From Octopus vulgaris (lineage: Eukaryota), in contig OX597817.1 of the NCBI GenBank assembly GCA_951406725.2, positions 146,692,001 through 146,756,000 on the forward strand: a stretch of DNA of 64,000 nt. The letters are read 5' to 3'. The position numbers were made by a program, and so were the translations under genes. Of this stretch, positions 41,499 through 56,283 are shown piece by piece. The notes under the pieces are model-generated. The model ran no database searches. It worked only from the letters and a program-made list of their open reading frames with translations, and had not been told where the DNA came from. The stretch's first letter is position 1. The number at the start of each line of letters is the position of its first letter.

Positions 41499-41747
41499 GA
41501 ACACGAATCCATCCATCCATCCATCCATCCATCCATCCATCCATCCATCCATCCATCCACCCATCCATCCATCCATCCATCCATCCATCCATCCATCCAT
41601 CCATCCATCCAACCATCCATCCATACATACACACACATACATACATACATGCATATATACATACAGTTTAATAATAGTTTGAATCAGGTCCATGTAACTT
41701 AGAGCTTCGGAGGCTAGTGGGACGAATCTAACTCGTCAGATACCTGG

Positions 41748-42168
<421 letters not shown>

Positions 42169-42268
42169 GTATTACTTAAATTTTCCTCGAATGAGGCTTT
42201 TACATGCCGAAGACTACTTGGTGTAATTGATAATTATTCCAAATTAATTAATTTCACCCTTCATTATT

Positions 42269-42324
<56 letters not shown>

Positions 42325-42399
42325 GGAACGTGTGGAAGGAGTAAACTCTCAAAGACGTGGTACGAAATAGTGAGAGAGTCTCTTCAGACGTTGGGCTTA

Positions 42400-42545
42400 G
42401 CGTAACTTAGCGGTTCGGCAAAAGAGACCGGTAGGATAGGTACAAGGCTTACAAAGAATAAGTTCTGGGCTCGATTTGTTCCATTAAAGGCGGTGATTCT
42501 GCGTGGCCGTAGGCAAATGATTGAAACAAGTAAAAGAATAACAGA
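42400..42545 (+). mobile_element. SINE family A 3' fragment
   Basis: cgtaacttagcggttcggcaaaagagacc...gaaacaagtaaaagaata. Confidence 0.8.
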
Positions 42546-42645
42546 ATATAAACCAGCTGGAGGAGGTGCTCTCCTGGGGTTGAAAAAGAGTAGTAACGTT
42601 GTTCTGTACGGAACAACCATGTTGAAGTGGCTAAGAACATTACTT

Positions 42646-42713
<68 letters not shown>

Positions 42714-42779
42714 ACATTTGCAATATAAACAGCTTCAAAAATCAGTAAACCTCAATAATTTATGTAATAGCTTTTATCC

Positions 42780-43150
42780 ACCTCAAGGTTCAGTATTTGT
42801 TGCCGTGTGATGGATTTTGTGTCTCAATAAACCTGAGCTCCTTGTAGAGCTCTTCAAGCTGGACAGATGAAAGGATAGAGGCCACACTGATACGGACTAC
42901 CTTTTCTCAGAGGTAAAAAAGGGGTTTGCATAGTATGGCCAGCAACCCCTATCTAGGAAAATAAGCAAAGTTATAGAAGCATCGATGATAATTCAAAACC
43001 AATAAGACCCAAACCTTGGGGAGGAATCATGCTTCTCTCAGTATTCAACCAGAGATAAACAGAAAAGACAGCCCAGATTCGAGAACAGGGGAAACAATCC
43101 GTCGATGACCGATGTTCCATAGGGAGCGGCGGGCTTAAATGTGTAAGTAA
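42780..43150 (+). mobile_element. Probable non-autonomous RTE derivative (5' UTR joined to 3' end)
   Basis: ggggtt...gccagcaacccctatct RTE-5'UTR-like motif and gatgaccgatgttccatagggagc...gtaagtaa RTE-like end; from recall only. Confidence 0.4.
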
Positions 43151-44121
43151 TCTTTTACTGTAGTGAACAATTGGGTGTATGGTGAGATAACCGCAATTGT
43201 CTTATCAAATACACAATAGAGAGAATATACAACAGTAGATTGATGCTAATTCAGGTTATCGGAATGCAGTCAATTATAAATTGTTATGAAGTCATAAGTT
43301 TGTTTAGCACATTATCTGTCCATTTTGCCAACAACTATTCGATGTGGGGAATGTTATCAAGTAATGCGTTAAAATTACTGGTGCATTAAAAATGGCTGAA
43401 GACCATGTTATAGTAAAATGTTCTAAAGTAAAATAAAGTCGATAAATTAAGTCGGAGTTGATAATTAAGTACCAGTTGCGTACTGGGGTCGATGCAATCG
43501 ACTTAATACTCCCCTGAAATTGCTGATTTAGTGCCAGAATTTAAAATAAATATTTGTATCTTTCAACGCTTTGCCCCTCCCCCTATCCACCTTTTATCAC
43601 AAAGAGTATCATCCTACAAAGTCACTCGATGTTTTACAAATAATTTGAACATAAGAACGGTGAACTTATCCACGTCATTATGCCATCTCTTCAGAAACTA
43701 ATTCTAAATCTTGGTAGCATGGAAGACTTCCATATCCCAATATTCAAATGCGAACCAATCTAATCTAATCATCATTTTTTAGTTTATCCTTTTCTCTCCC
43801 TCTTCCTGCCTGCCTGCCTGCCTGTTTGCCTCTTTGTGTATGCGCGCGCGTGTGTGTGTGTGTGTGTGTGACATACACATATTCATACATTCTCTGCATA
43901 TATATATATATATTATAAATATATAAATGCATAAATACATGTATATACACACACACATATACATATATACACGCACACATATGCACACATATATACACAT
44001 ACCAGTATATATACATACATGCATTATATATATATATATATACATACATACATGTATGTGTATACATATATGTGTTTGTATGTATATATATATATATATA
44101 TATTTACATACACAAACACAC

Positions 44122-44173
<52 letters not shown>

Positions 44174-44193
44174 ACACATGCATATATGTATGA

Positions 44194-44226
<33 letters not shown>

Positions 44227-44799
44227 TGTATGAGTGCGTGTATATGTTTGTATAATTCTTTATCACCCGATTTCATCTCAGTAAGCCGTATCTCTCTATG
44301 GCCGCCGTTCGTTCGATGTGTGCGGACGACCTACTGCGTAATATTTCGTATATATCGTGATATCTCAGTTATTAAACAAACAAGCGAATATGCAAATACA
44401 CCAATGAGCCAAGCGCGAATCAACAGACTTCCATATACATTATGTTTAATCAAAATATGTCACGAAAAACGTCCCATTACCTTACCATCGTACACACACA
44501 AATACATGCAGAGCTTCATCAAAATTCATGTCTTTAGATATTCACACATTCCCATACATTTCCTCTGGTAATCGTATGTATATGTACTTGTGCATATGTT
44601 GACAGATGCAAGTACAAACCCGTGTACTTTTACGCGGATATCCATGCATACATGCATGTATTTTTATGTGTGTAGTACACTAGCAAGCAGCATGTAGACA
44701 CTCTTAATACATACACACATGCAAAAGCGCGTAGTTACACACACTTGTACACGCTCATACACACACACACACACATTGATGTACAGAGAGGAACATGTG

Positions 44800-44921
<122 letters not shown>

Positions 44922-45057
44922 GTATGTATGTATGTATGTATGTATGTATGTATGTATCTATCTATCAGTCGTATGCGTATGAATGTATTACACACACACA
45001 TATATACACACATATACACTCACACGCACATATAAACGTATACATGCATATACATAC

Positions 45058-45090
<33 letters not shown>

Positions 45091-45136
45091 TGTATGTATG
45101 TATGTATGTATGCATGCATGCATGCATGCATGCATG

Positions 45137-45196
<60 letters not shown>

Positions 45197-45274
45197 ATAC
45201 ATATATATTCTTTTTCTTTCTTTTAATTTTCCCACCATCTTTTTGCCATTCCTTTATTTTTTCTTGGCTATTAT

Positions 45275-45310
45275 TCTTCTGATGAATGACTAATGTCCGA
45301 AACGTCAGAC
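45275..45310 (+). ncRNA. Minimal hammerhead motif
   Basis: CTGATGA-AT-GAC-TAAT-GTC-C-GAAAC-GTC-AGAC; stem I imperfect. Confidence 0.65.
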
Positions 45311-45664
45311 TTCTCCCCTTCTTTTAAAGCGTTAAATGAACATAACATTCGTTAAAACTTTTCCCTCGCGTGTTGTCTTCTTTCAGCGCTCATTGTTTAA
45401 TCTCTCTCTCCCTCTGTCTCAATATGTATGTATACTTACATGTATACATATATATATTTAAATTTAATTAGAGGTTGTGTTAACCCCAGGAAGGGATGGT
45501 TTCATCCAAGTAAATACTGGTTCAATACCTAGTATTTTTGAGGAATGAAATTCCTTAAAATAATAGGTATATATAAAAGCATATAGTTTATAGTCATTTA
45601 AAAGAAGAAAATAGAGTTTGGGAAGTTGATAATTGTTTATTATTTACAGCAAATTGATCATCTT

Positions 45665-45743
45665 CACTTACAACCGTTTCTATTAATACTCAACAAATCT
45701 TAAATTTACATTTATGCAACATGAGCATAATATCCTCAGAGGT
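45665..45743 (-). ncRNA. Hammerhead motif with long stem II, in pLTR-like element ~45458-45800
   Basis: Minus strand CT-CTGAGGA-TATTA-TGCTCA...TGAGTA-T-TAATA-GAAAC-GGTT-GTA-AG. Confidence 0.62.
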
Positions 45744-46239
45744 AAAAGATGTACCTTTGGATTCTATATGTGTGTTTGAGAATTCATTTTAGCAGACTGT
45801 AATATATGTAGACACACACACACATGTGTGTGTGTGTGTGGGTGTATATATATATATACACACATATATATATGTGTGTTTTATGTACAACGAATCATAA
45901 AATGAATAAAACTAATGGGTCACACAAACATATACACACATGCATACACGCTGAGATTGTCGTCTGCTGTACATCGCGAGGCATGATGTGAGGCATAAAA
46001 TATAAAAGCGCGAAATCAAAACAAAGAATATTACTGTTTTAATTTACGTAAGTTAGTATTCGACACACGACTTGTTGAATTAGATTCTTCGCGTTGTTAT
46101 TCCATATCAGTTTTGATCGAGTTATAACTCGTAGGTAGTCAACCGAACAACTAAATGTTATCTAGGAACCCACGATGATAGAATATGCGCATGTCTCTCC
46201 CAAAAGCAAATCCAGACAATACATTCCGATATGTATCAG

Positions 46240-46885
46240 TGAATCTCATGAGCTGTAAAATGGCCGGGTCCGCCGACTTTGTCTTTCTTCATTTCGTGTT
46301 CAATAAAATAATTTCCTGTTGAATAGTAGGGTCGATGTAATCTATTGGCCCCCTCCACTAAAATTTCGGGCTTGTGGTTATAGTAGAAAGGACTATTACC
46401 ATGTAGCTGGAAAGCAAAATCGTTAACAGGTCGTGTAGAATGTTTAACGACATCTTTTCCTGCTTTCTATATCCCGAGTTCAAATTCCAGTGAGGTCGAC
46501 CTTGCCTTTCATCCTTTCAGGGTCAACAAAATAAAGTAGCGGTAAACAACCGGGGTGAGGGTAATCGACTGGCGTCCTTCAAACAAAATTTCAGTTCTTA
46601 TGTCTATAGTAGAAAGAATTCTTTCTGTGTAGTACTGGATCAGCCTATGAACGATCTGATGTAGACAGTATGGCGGCGAGCTGGGAGAATCGTTAGCACA
46701 CTGGACTAAATGCTTCTTCGCGGTACTTCACCCGTTGCTACGTTCTGAGTTCAAATTCCGCCCAGGTCGACTTTGCCTTTTATCCTTTCGGGGTCGGTAA
46801 AATAAGCACCAGTGAAACACTGGGGTCGATGTAATCGACTTGTCCCATCCCCACATATTTCAGGCCTTGTGCCCATAGTAAAAAA
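46240..46885 (+). mobile_element. Cluster of three SINE B-related copies of different ages
   Basis: Repeated gtcgactttgcctttcatcctttcggggtcg-like bodies; best copy 46671-46885; another copy at 48575-48790. Confidence 0.78.
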
Positions 46886-47407
46886 GATCTGATGTAGACA
46901 GTTGGCTGAAACATTCGGTCAACTGACAGATCTACAGTTTCAGTTATACAATTCCTCAGGTATCTTGTTGAGGGCTCTACGGCACATTCCAATATTCAAT
47001 GGTTAATTTGTATTCGGGGCAGCGTGGGACTATAGGCGTATTGTATTTTTTCACTAAGTAACATCGACATCAAATTTGGGCGAAATCCGTTGAAATTGGT
47101 TTATATATATATATATTTAAATATTGAGGGAGATAAATTAATATTAATTTTAATATCAATTTAAAACCAGTAGTCCAGCATTCAAAAAATCTGAGGAGTC
47201 AGAGAAAATTCAAATATATGTGTATATTGGCAGGGCTGGCCTGCTAGGTAGCCGGCCAGAATGCTAGAAGAAGATCATCAACGATCAAACTACAAGATCA
47301 TCAACGATCAAACTACAAGGAAAATTCTCTAGAGGAAGAATTCAGCGAACACCAGAACCAACTTTGGCGGGCAGGGCATATGAAAAATTAAATAAAAAAC
47401 AGACTTA

Positions 47408-47483
47408 AATGTATACCTCGGTTTCGGTCTTAACAAAAGAATTACTTGCATAATTCAAGTGTCCGTGACTTCATCAGTACATT
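47408..47483 (-). ncRNA. Type I hammerhead ribozyme, canonical core
   Basis: Minus strand AATGTA-CTGATGA-A-GTC[...GAATTA-TGCAAG-TAATTC...]GAC-C-GAAAC-CGAG-GTA-TACATT; 6-bp stem I. Confidence 0.85.
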
Positions 47484-47953
47484 CGGTCCTCGAGATGCAA
47501 ACCGCAAGACTAACCCCAACTCTCTGTGTCAAGACAGACACGTGCTTAGTCTTACTGATTACATCGGGAATAAAATTTCAAATGTCTTGGTTCTGGCGCG
47601 CTAAGAGACTCCTGAAGCGAAGGGCTGCAGTGAATAATTCACTGCGGGTAGTGCTTACAACTAGGGAACGTATTTATTTAAATATTTAAATATTGAGGGA
47701 GATAAATTAATATTAATTTTAATATCAATTTAAAACCAGTAGTCCAGCATTCAAAAAATCTGAGGAGTCAGAGAAAATTCAAATATATGTGTATATTGGC
47801 AGGGCTGGCCTGCTAGGTAGCCGGCCAGAATGCCAGAAGAAGATCATCAACGATCAAACTACAAGGGAAATTCTCTAGAGGAAGAATTCAGCGAACACCA
47901 GAACCAACTTTGGCGGGCAGGACATATGAAAAATTAAATAAAAAACAGACTTA

Positions 47954-48029
47954 AATGTATACCTCGGTTTCGGTCTTAACAAAAAAATTACTTGCATAAT
48001 TCAAGTGTCCGTGACTTCATCAGTACATT
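47954..48029 (-). ncRNA. Type I hammerhead ribozyme, tandem copy
   Basis: Same as 47408-47483 except one substitution in the stem II insert. Confidence 0.85.
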
Positions 48030-48068
48030 CGGTCCTCGAGATGCAAACCGCAAGACTAACCCCAGCTC

Positions 48069-48107
<39 letters not shown>

Positions 48108-49369
48108 GCAACACACACAACATACACACACGTATGTACGCACACCTATTGCATACATGTTTTTTGTATGCATGCATGTTCGTGTGTGTGTCTCTGTGTG
48201 TTACCCGTATATTAACAAAACACTTGAAGCTATAGTAGAAGACATTTGCCCAAGGTTCCAACCCGGAACCATATGGCTGAGAAGCAAGCTTAACTACTGT
48301 TTGCAAACAATGGTGATTTCTCCGACTTGAAAATTGTTAAAAGTTGTGGTTGTAAATTTATTTTTACTGCTATTCGCTGCTGCCTCTGTTAAAAATAAGT
48401 TGACGAAAATACAGCTAGGATCATGACGAATGTCCTCCTAAAATTGGAGCGACATGCGTGCTAATTTGTGGACGTGCATAAATCACATTCACGTACACAC
48501 ACACGCGCTTGCTTGCACACACACACATACATCCTGCCTTTATACAGATAATAATAAAGAAGCATGTAACTAAAGTGGGGCTAGCTGGTAGAATCATTAG
48601 CACGCCGGACTAAATGCTTAGCGGTATGTCGTCCGTCTTTACGTTCTGAGTTCAAATGCCGCCGGGATCGATTTTGCCTTTCATCCTTTCGGGGTCGATA
48701 AAATAAATACCAGCTGAACACTGGGATCGATGTAATCGATTATTCCCCTTCCCTGAAATTGCTGGCCTTGTGCTAAAATTTGACGCCAATAATGTATCAT
48801 GTAACTCGTATTACAGTCTTCGGTGTGTGTGCATGTGTGTGCACGTGTGCGTCCGCGTGCATGCGTATTTCTATCGTTGATTGCAGTGGTTGATTGTTTT
48901 TAACGTTCTCTAGTGTTGGTGGTAAAAAAGGCGACACGGTTGATTTAGTGCTTGTTATTTTACGCTTAGGTGATCAATAAAGGTTTGAAGTAGTCGTGGA
49001 GGTGTTCCTGGACAATGGAGTGAAGATGTATCTATATCACAAACCAAGTAAGAGACCGTGTGTTTTGTGAATTTGTGGGAAGGTCGTGTAAATAAATGGT
49101 GAACAAGACTTGGCTGCCAAGCGGATACTTGTACTACATTCAGGAAATTGCAAATTCTAGATTTCTCGTTGTTGTATATATATATATTACATTAGCTTTT
49201 TAGGACGAAAGAAGCATTTTCCTTCAGAAGCCATAATGTAGTACCAACGAATGTTTTCAAACTTCATCATATAAATGTATGCGTGGGTATGTATGCATCA
49301 AAATCAATGCGTTTATGTTGTGTATGAGTGGCAATGTATATGTGTATATGCATGTAAGTGTATATGTGA

Positions 49370-49431
<62 letters not shown>

Positions 49432-49509
49432 TGTAAGTGTATGTATTCGTTTAGTATACATTTATGATATATACATATATACAAGGGTGTACTAGTGTGT
49501 GTGTATATA

Positions 49510-49569
<60 letters not shown>

Positions 49570-49858
49570 CATATGTGTGTGTGTGTGCGTGCGTGTGTGT
49601 GTGTGTGTGTGCGTGCGTGTGTGTGCGTGTGTGTATGTGTGAGAATAGATAAGCAGCCAACAATTGATGAAGAGTCGTTCTTTATGTTGTTTGGCTTGTT
49701 TTCCATTTGTGTCTTTCGTTGTTCGAAAAAATAGTTCATATTCCATATACTCGTACTTAAAAAAAATTTTTTTGTTGTACACGTTTCGTGACCATGTGCC
49801 CAGATATGCAAATAATTATGCATAAAGATGTAAGTATGTACATATACGTATGTATATA

Positions 49859-49923
<65 letters not shown>

Positions 49924-49926
<3 letters not shown>

Positions 49927-51349
49927 ATACTTTGATACTTTGATAGGTTTCGGCCATTATTGGCCCAGGCCATGTCTAACTTAATAGCACCACCTGGTGA
50001 AGTCTTTCAGGTCAGAATTTGGGCACTATGGCCCACTCAAGTAGAGAGTTATTGTTTACAGAGACATATCCGGGTGTAGGGGGTTTATCCGGGATTTCTT
50101 GAAGGAATCTGTCCAAAGACTTCTTGAACCCTATAGGGTCAGTTTCTGTTTTAATGTGTTTTGGTGTAATGTTAAAGAGAGCGGGGCCAATTGAGGTGAA
50201 ATAATTGTGCCGTATTGTTGTTATGAGATGAGAGTGCGATTTTTGTTTTGGGCGGATGGCACGGGGCCCAAGCCTTGGATGTACCTTAAAGGTGATGCCA
50301 ACATCATTTGGGCAATGCTGATGGAATATTTTCCACATCATGCAGATGATGTAGCGCTCACGACGACGTTGGAGAGAATAGAGTTTTAGCTTTTCTAGTC
50401 GACCCCAATAGTCGAGGCCTGTCATGCCATCTATCTTTTTTGTGATTGCCCTTTGAGGTGCTTCGACTTTTATGATACCTTGTATTGTGTGGGGAGACCA
50501 CAGTGGACAACAGTATTCAAGGTGGGGTCGGGCAAAAGTGGAGAAGAGAAGGATAATGGTGTGGATATCTCTCGACTGGAAAGTTCTGAGAATCCAGGAA
50601 CACATTCTGCGGGCCATGTCAACTTTGGTGTTTATATGAGTGGCCCAGCTTACGTTGTTGTCCACAATTACTCCCAAGTCTCTGATGTTGTTGGACGCCG
50701 CGAGAGTTTCACCTGAAGGAAGGGAGTATGGGAGTTTCAGGGCATCCTCTTTTCCAAAGTGGATTAGCTCAAATTTATCCTCGTTCAGCAGCATATTGTT
50801 TTTTTCTGCCCATTGGATAACAGCCAGCAGATCTGACTGAAGGCATGTCCGGTCACTCGCCTCATTTATGACCTTCTGTAGCTTGGAGTCATCTGCAAAG
50901 ATTTTTATGTTGCTGTGCTTGATGATGTCATTAATGTCATTAATGTAAATGATGAAAAGAAGTGGGCCCAGCACAGTGCCTTGCGGAACGCCACTACTGA
51001 CTTTGGCTGGGCTTGATTTTACCCCTTCAACTACAACATGTTGAGATCTGTCTGTCAGGAAACACTTAATCCATTTCAGTAACTTTCCAGAGACACCAAT
51101 GTTGGATAGTTTTTTCAATAGGATCTTGTGATCGACCCTGTCGAAGGCCTTACTGAAATCAAGGTAGATGACATCGGTGTTGGAGCCCTCTCCCAAAGCT
51201 CTCAAAATGTCCTCAAAGTGATGCAGGAGCTGCGTTAGGCAGTCCCTTCCATTACGGAACCCATGTTGGTTGGAGATCAGCCGTCTGTTGCTTTCCAGAA
51301 ATTGGGTTATTTGAGATCTCACCACCCTCTCAAATACCTTGATGATATG
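49924..51349 (-). mobile_element. CR1-type LINE (relative of 2539-4125), 5'-truncated, inside (TA)n; RT ORF open to 50012
   Basis: QHGFR, DFSKAFD, GVPQGTVLGP, FADD; (TATCAAAG)n tail; (TA)n on both sides. Confidence 0.93.
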
Positions 51350-51369
51350 ATATATATATATATATATAT

Positions 51370-51524
51370 CAGCCGAAATTGCGAGGATAATCTGGTTCTT
51401 GACTGAAGATAGAAAACCCCGAATGACCCGTCCTTATTTTCTTTGTATCCTCTATCTGGATGTTTTGTTGTCCCTTTTTGTATCACCTAGTTGTCCGGAT
51501 GTTTTGCGTTCTTGTCCCATTTTG

Positions 51525-51527
<3 letters not shown>
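51370..51527 (+). repeat. (TA)n-flanked short interspersed repeat; other copies 54735-55000 (-) and 57180-57452 (+)
   Basis: Shared cagccgaaattg..ggttcttgactgaaga..cgaatgacccgtcc..ttgtatc; probably another pLTR end. Confidence 0.7.
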
Positions 51528-51618
<91 letters not shown>

Positions 51619-51643
51619 TTATATATATATTTATATATTTATA

Positions 51644-51724
<81 letters not shown>

Positions 51725-51822
51725 CAATAGACAGATACAGAATGAAAGAGCGAGAGAAAAAGAGAGAGAAAGAGAGAGGGATTTGGTGATATAAAGGGGA
51801 AATAGAACTCAAAACGTATATA

Positions 51823-51859
<37 letters not shown>

Positions 51860-51896
51860 GCATATATATTTATACATATACACACACACAAAGTAT

Positions 51897-52292
51897 ATAA
51901 TTATATAATTATAATTATAATAAGGGCGCTAATGAGCAGCGCCACCTCCTAGAAATAGACACCGAACGTCTCTAAGAACTACATTATTTGCCTCATTTGC
52001 TTGTATATAGATATGAATATTCATATACGCGCTGGTGGATATGTGATATACGTATGGTCGTGTATGAATGCTTATAGTTATGTACACTGAGTTGTATCAT
52101 ACCGATGACGGCAAAGGGAGTTACAGACCTAAACTAGAAATCGATCTAAGGTGAAACTCTGTTTAAAAGATCTTTTCTATTCACCTCCCTCGCTTTCAGC
52201 CTATGCCAATGCGGTAAATAATGTCGTTCTTAGAGCCATTCGGCGTCTATTTCTAGCACGTGGAGTTACTCATTGGTGCCCTTATTATAATT
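51897..52292. mobile_element. Diverged fold-back with a decayed HHR (52098-52150, +) in the spacer
   Basis: taagggcgctaatgag...ctagaaatagacaccga inverted at tcggcgtctatttctag...ctcattggtgccctta; CCGATGA...GAAA-TCGA-TC. Confidence 0.65.
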
Positions 52293-52414
52293 GCAATTAT
52301 ATGGTTATATATTTTGTATTAATTGTAATCTAAATGGTTTTATTACATGCTGGCTACTTGATAAAATATGCGATTTTTTTCCCTTCGTCTTCCTTTTCTG
52401 CTGGACTTACTTCT

Positions 52415-52449
52415 GTTTCTGACGAAGAGTTTTGCTCGAAAGGTAAAAC
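52415..52449 (+). ncRNA. Minimal hammerhead motif (stem III C to G), family of 14844
   Basis: GTTT-CTGACGA-A-GAGT-TTT-GCTC-GAAAG-GTA-AAAC; ~100-nt tail to (TA)n. Confidence 0.68.
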
Positions 52450-52552
52450 CACTTTTCTTTCCTTCCCTGAGTATCTATTAATACTTTACATGTACCACGT
52501 TCTCACGTTGTTTTTTTTTTGTGTGTTTGTTCTTCGTTTCTTTTGGATTTAC

Positions 52553-52643
<91 letters not shown>

Positions 52644-52827
52644 TAATAGACTTCGCTTAGCAAATTATTTTATTTGTCTGAAACCATAGTCCAGGAGATA
52701 GATGGTAGATGTTTTTATTATTCATTCCCTTCGAGGTTTTATCCGTAATAGTGGGTTGGACTTTAGCTGTTCCTTCTAGCGTGAAAGGAATCCTATCATG
52801 GATACCTCTTATGTGTTTAAATGTACA

Positions 52828-52874
<47 letters not shown>

Positions 52875-53017
52875 AGTAATTGAATGAATTATCTTATTAA
52901 GGATAATTCGAAAGATAACCGATACCTGGGTAGCAAATTCGGAATTAGGAATATGCAGCCTTCGAAACATATGGTAACTAGTCGTTCAACTCCATTCTTT
53001 CATATACTTATAATTTT

Positions 53018-53087
<70 letters not shown>

Positions 53088-53089
<2 letters not shown>

Positions 53090-53406
53090 ATGTGTTGAGA
53101 GGGATTCTTTGGGGTTTGAATAATTCGTCTCAGGAAACATGGGTGTTTCACTCAACATCCTTAAACAACCCTTATTCAGCGACCTTTTGAGCGGGATGTG
53201 TTACTCGACCAGAAGAAAATGCTAACTGGGCCCCACCTGCAAGGTCATGTGCTGTTTATCTTGATATTAGATCACCATGTCGCGCACATATGGTTGTGAT
53301 GCATGTGCCTAGTGTACCCTTATCAGACGGGTAGTCATGATGGGTATATTGGGCTTCGTATATTTTACCCCAGTGTCACTTTGATGGCATGCACTGCTCT
53401 CTCACT

Positions 53407-53410
<4 letters not shown>
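53088..53410 (+). mobile_element. Non-coding retroposon 3' end terminating in (TAA)n
   Basis: GC-richer block between (TA)n and a long (TAA)n; identity not established. Confidence 0.4.
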
Positions 53411-53499
<89 letters not shown>

Positions 53500-53629
53500 T
53501 AATAATAGTAGTAATAAAAATAATTTATTATTGCGAAATAAGATAAGACAAATAATATTTTTATAGCTGAGAAACAGGAAAAATTATATAGTCAACTGAA
53601 CGGAGGAAGGGGTTTCACAGGCTATTTTG

Positions 53630-53678
<49 letters not shown>

Positions 53679-54238
53679 GTTCTTCTTCAATATTTTCTTT
53701 TGTTGCAACCTCGGAGAGGTGCCAGGCAATGTTGACCTATGTAAGATATGAATTTAGAATGCAGAATGAAAAATCTAAAATACTTTAAGGCGTTCTTCCA
53801 TTCAGTTTCTGCCAAACTACCCATCTTATTATACGCGTAATGTTAATATCTGATTTCGGCATGGTGCCAAAACATTAATAAAAGGAGGGCAAATGATATT
53901 ACGCAACGGTTATGAACCCTTAAGGGATATGAATATTGGTGTGTTTTGTGGGAAGTGTAAATGCATTGTATATTCCCGTTTCCATTTTCTTGTAAAAAAT
54001 GAAGACTTCGCGTATACCAGAAGCAATATATTATTATATTATTATGGTAAATATTTCTTTCTGTTATTAGGTTGCAACCATGCCAGAGCATCAGTCTTCA
54101 AGGGTTTATATGGTATATATCGACCTCGGTACTTACTTAAAAGACTGGTACATTTTTTATCGATATATGTTTGACGAACTGTAAGACATATTATTCATAA
54201 GGACATTTGGTTTTGAAGATGTATCAACATAAAGACAG

Positions 54239-54301
<63 letters not shown>

Positions 54302-54324
54302 CATACATATATATATATATTCTT

Positions 54325-54703
54325 GTATTCATTTACATATTTCAGTCATTTGATTCTGGCCATGCTGGAGTACTGTTTTTAGTTGAACAAATCGACCCCA
54401 AAACTTATTCTTTGCAAGCCGAGTACTTATTCTATCGGTCTCTTTTGCCGAACCGCTAGGGCGCAGACACGTAAACACACTAACATTGGTTGTCAAGCAA
54501 TGATGGAGGAGGGACAGACACACAAATACGCACAAACACACACATATATATGAAAGGCTTCTTTAAGTTTCCGTCTACCAAATCCACTCACAAGGTTATG
54601 GTCGGACCGAGGCTATAGTAGAAAACGCTTTCCCAAGGTGCCACATAGTGGGACTGAACCCGAAACTATGTGGCTGGGAAGCAAGCATCTTACTACACAG
54701 CCA
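54325..54703 (-). mobile_element. SINE family A, diverged full length
   Basis: Homologous to 21325-21775. Confidence 0.85.
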
Positions 54704-54716
54704 TTCCGGATATTAT

Positions 54717-54753
<37 letters not shown>

Positions 54754-55764
54754 AATACAAAAGTAGAACAACAAAACATCCAGACTGACGATACAAAGAA
54801 AACGAGGACGGGTCATTCGGAGTTTTCTTTCCTCAGTCGAGTTCCAGATTATCTTTACAATTTCGGCTGGTTATAGTCGAAATTGCTCCAATCTGGCCAG
54901 CCCCAAGGAAAAACTAAGCTAAGAACACTAGATTCCTTGGAAGAAAGCAGTGAATATATACGAAACCAAGGACGGGACCAAACGGAGAAATGGTACAGAC
55001 ATACAAATAACAGGACATTGACAACAGGTGTCTTTTGACTAAGGATGAATTAAATTAAGCTGGCGTGTGTGGAAGTAAAGCCTTACGGTAGGGACATAAG
55101 ATTTGACAGGCACAGGGAGGAATATAGATGTTGCACGGCTGGTAGTCGAACCAAGAAAGAAAGGTCAGGCTTGGCCGAACACCGGTCACGTGGGGAGAGA
55201 AGAGAGAGAGGTAGAAGCAGAAGTATAAAAGAATTAAGGAGGGGCGAGAAAATACATACATATATGTATGCATATATATATGTATGTACATACAGAATAC
55301 TGAAGAGATGGAGATGGCATGGAGGATTTCGTTGCTTCTTGGCAGAAACGGCCGTAAGTTACTGATCTTTTGTTCTTCTCTGTAATATTTACACATGTGT
55401 GTGTGTAACACATAATTACTACATGTGTATGTTTTCTTCAAATACTTTCTAATGCTTTTGAATAAATAGACACATTGGAATGTCTACTGGATAATGTATG
55501 TCGTTCTGTATCCTCCCCATTTTATTATTTGGCATATATATATCGAAACGTACGTCCGTAGGTGACTTAAAATTGTATGATAGATTGCCGTCATTTCTTT
55601 CTCTCTTGCCTGTCTGTGTTTGCCATTCAAGTGCTGTGGTTTTACTGAGATCTCCCTTTTAGTAGAAAGAATAGTTATAACTCTTTGACTGCTATTTCTA
55701 AATTCGGTGTGTGGTGAGGCAAATCGTTGCTAAACCCTTAATTACTTAGTATTACTATATATAT

Positions 55765-55810
<46 letters not shown>

Positions 55811-55969
55811 ATATATATATATATACATATACATATACATATATATATATATATATATATTTGATTATTATGTTCAGTTATAATAAAAACAATTTTACAC
55901 TAATCCGATGGATTATTCTATACTTTTGTAGGATCCAAATTTATTATTCTTAAACAATAACATTATTGA

Positions 55970-56012
55970 CAGTGACTTTGAAGTTTCGGCCAGATAAGCC
56001 ATCATCGGACAC
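55970..56012 (-). ncRNA. Hammerhead motif (CCGATGA core); decayed relative at 58878-58919 (-)
   Basis: Minus strand GT-CCGATGA-T-GGC-TTATCTG-GCC-GAAAC-TTCAAA-GTC-AC; the relative has palindromic ACTTCGAAGT. Confidence 0.65.
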
Positions 56013-56248
56013 ACACACATACACACACACGCTCGTATATATGGGAAACAGATTTTCTGGTATGCATGTGTCATTAAATGCCCAACTATGTCCAAGTGTT
56101 ATCTTTTTTATTTTAGATTTATCATAATTTCTTATCTTATTACAGATGGTTTTGGAACAGTGGAAATCCCAAATCCATAGCCGGCGTTTCTAAACAGCAC
56201 GCCCGAACGCACACAAACACACACACACACGCGCGCGCGCACACACAC

Positions 56249-56283
<35 letters not shown>

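Larger units (their letters stand above)
47114..48072 (-). mobile_element. Direct partial tandem (546-bp unit) with two intact HHRs, flanked by (TA)n: retrozyme-like / non-autonomous PLE
   Basis: 47114-47525 repeated at 47683-48072 (offset 569 before, 546 after a 23-bp local duplication); no credible ORF. Confidence 0.88.

Noticed and set aside
51398-51435. CTGANGA...CGAAT conserved in three copies (also ~54810-54838 and ~57358-57390)
   Set aside because: No GAAA and no closing stem I; not counted as hammerheads, though the conservation merits an alignment
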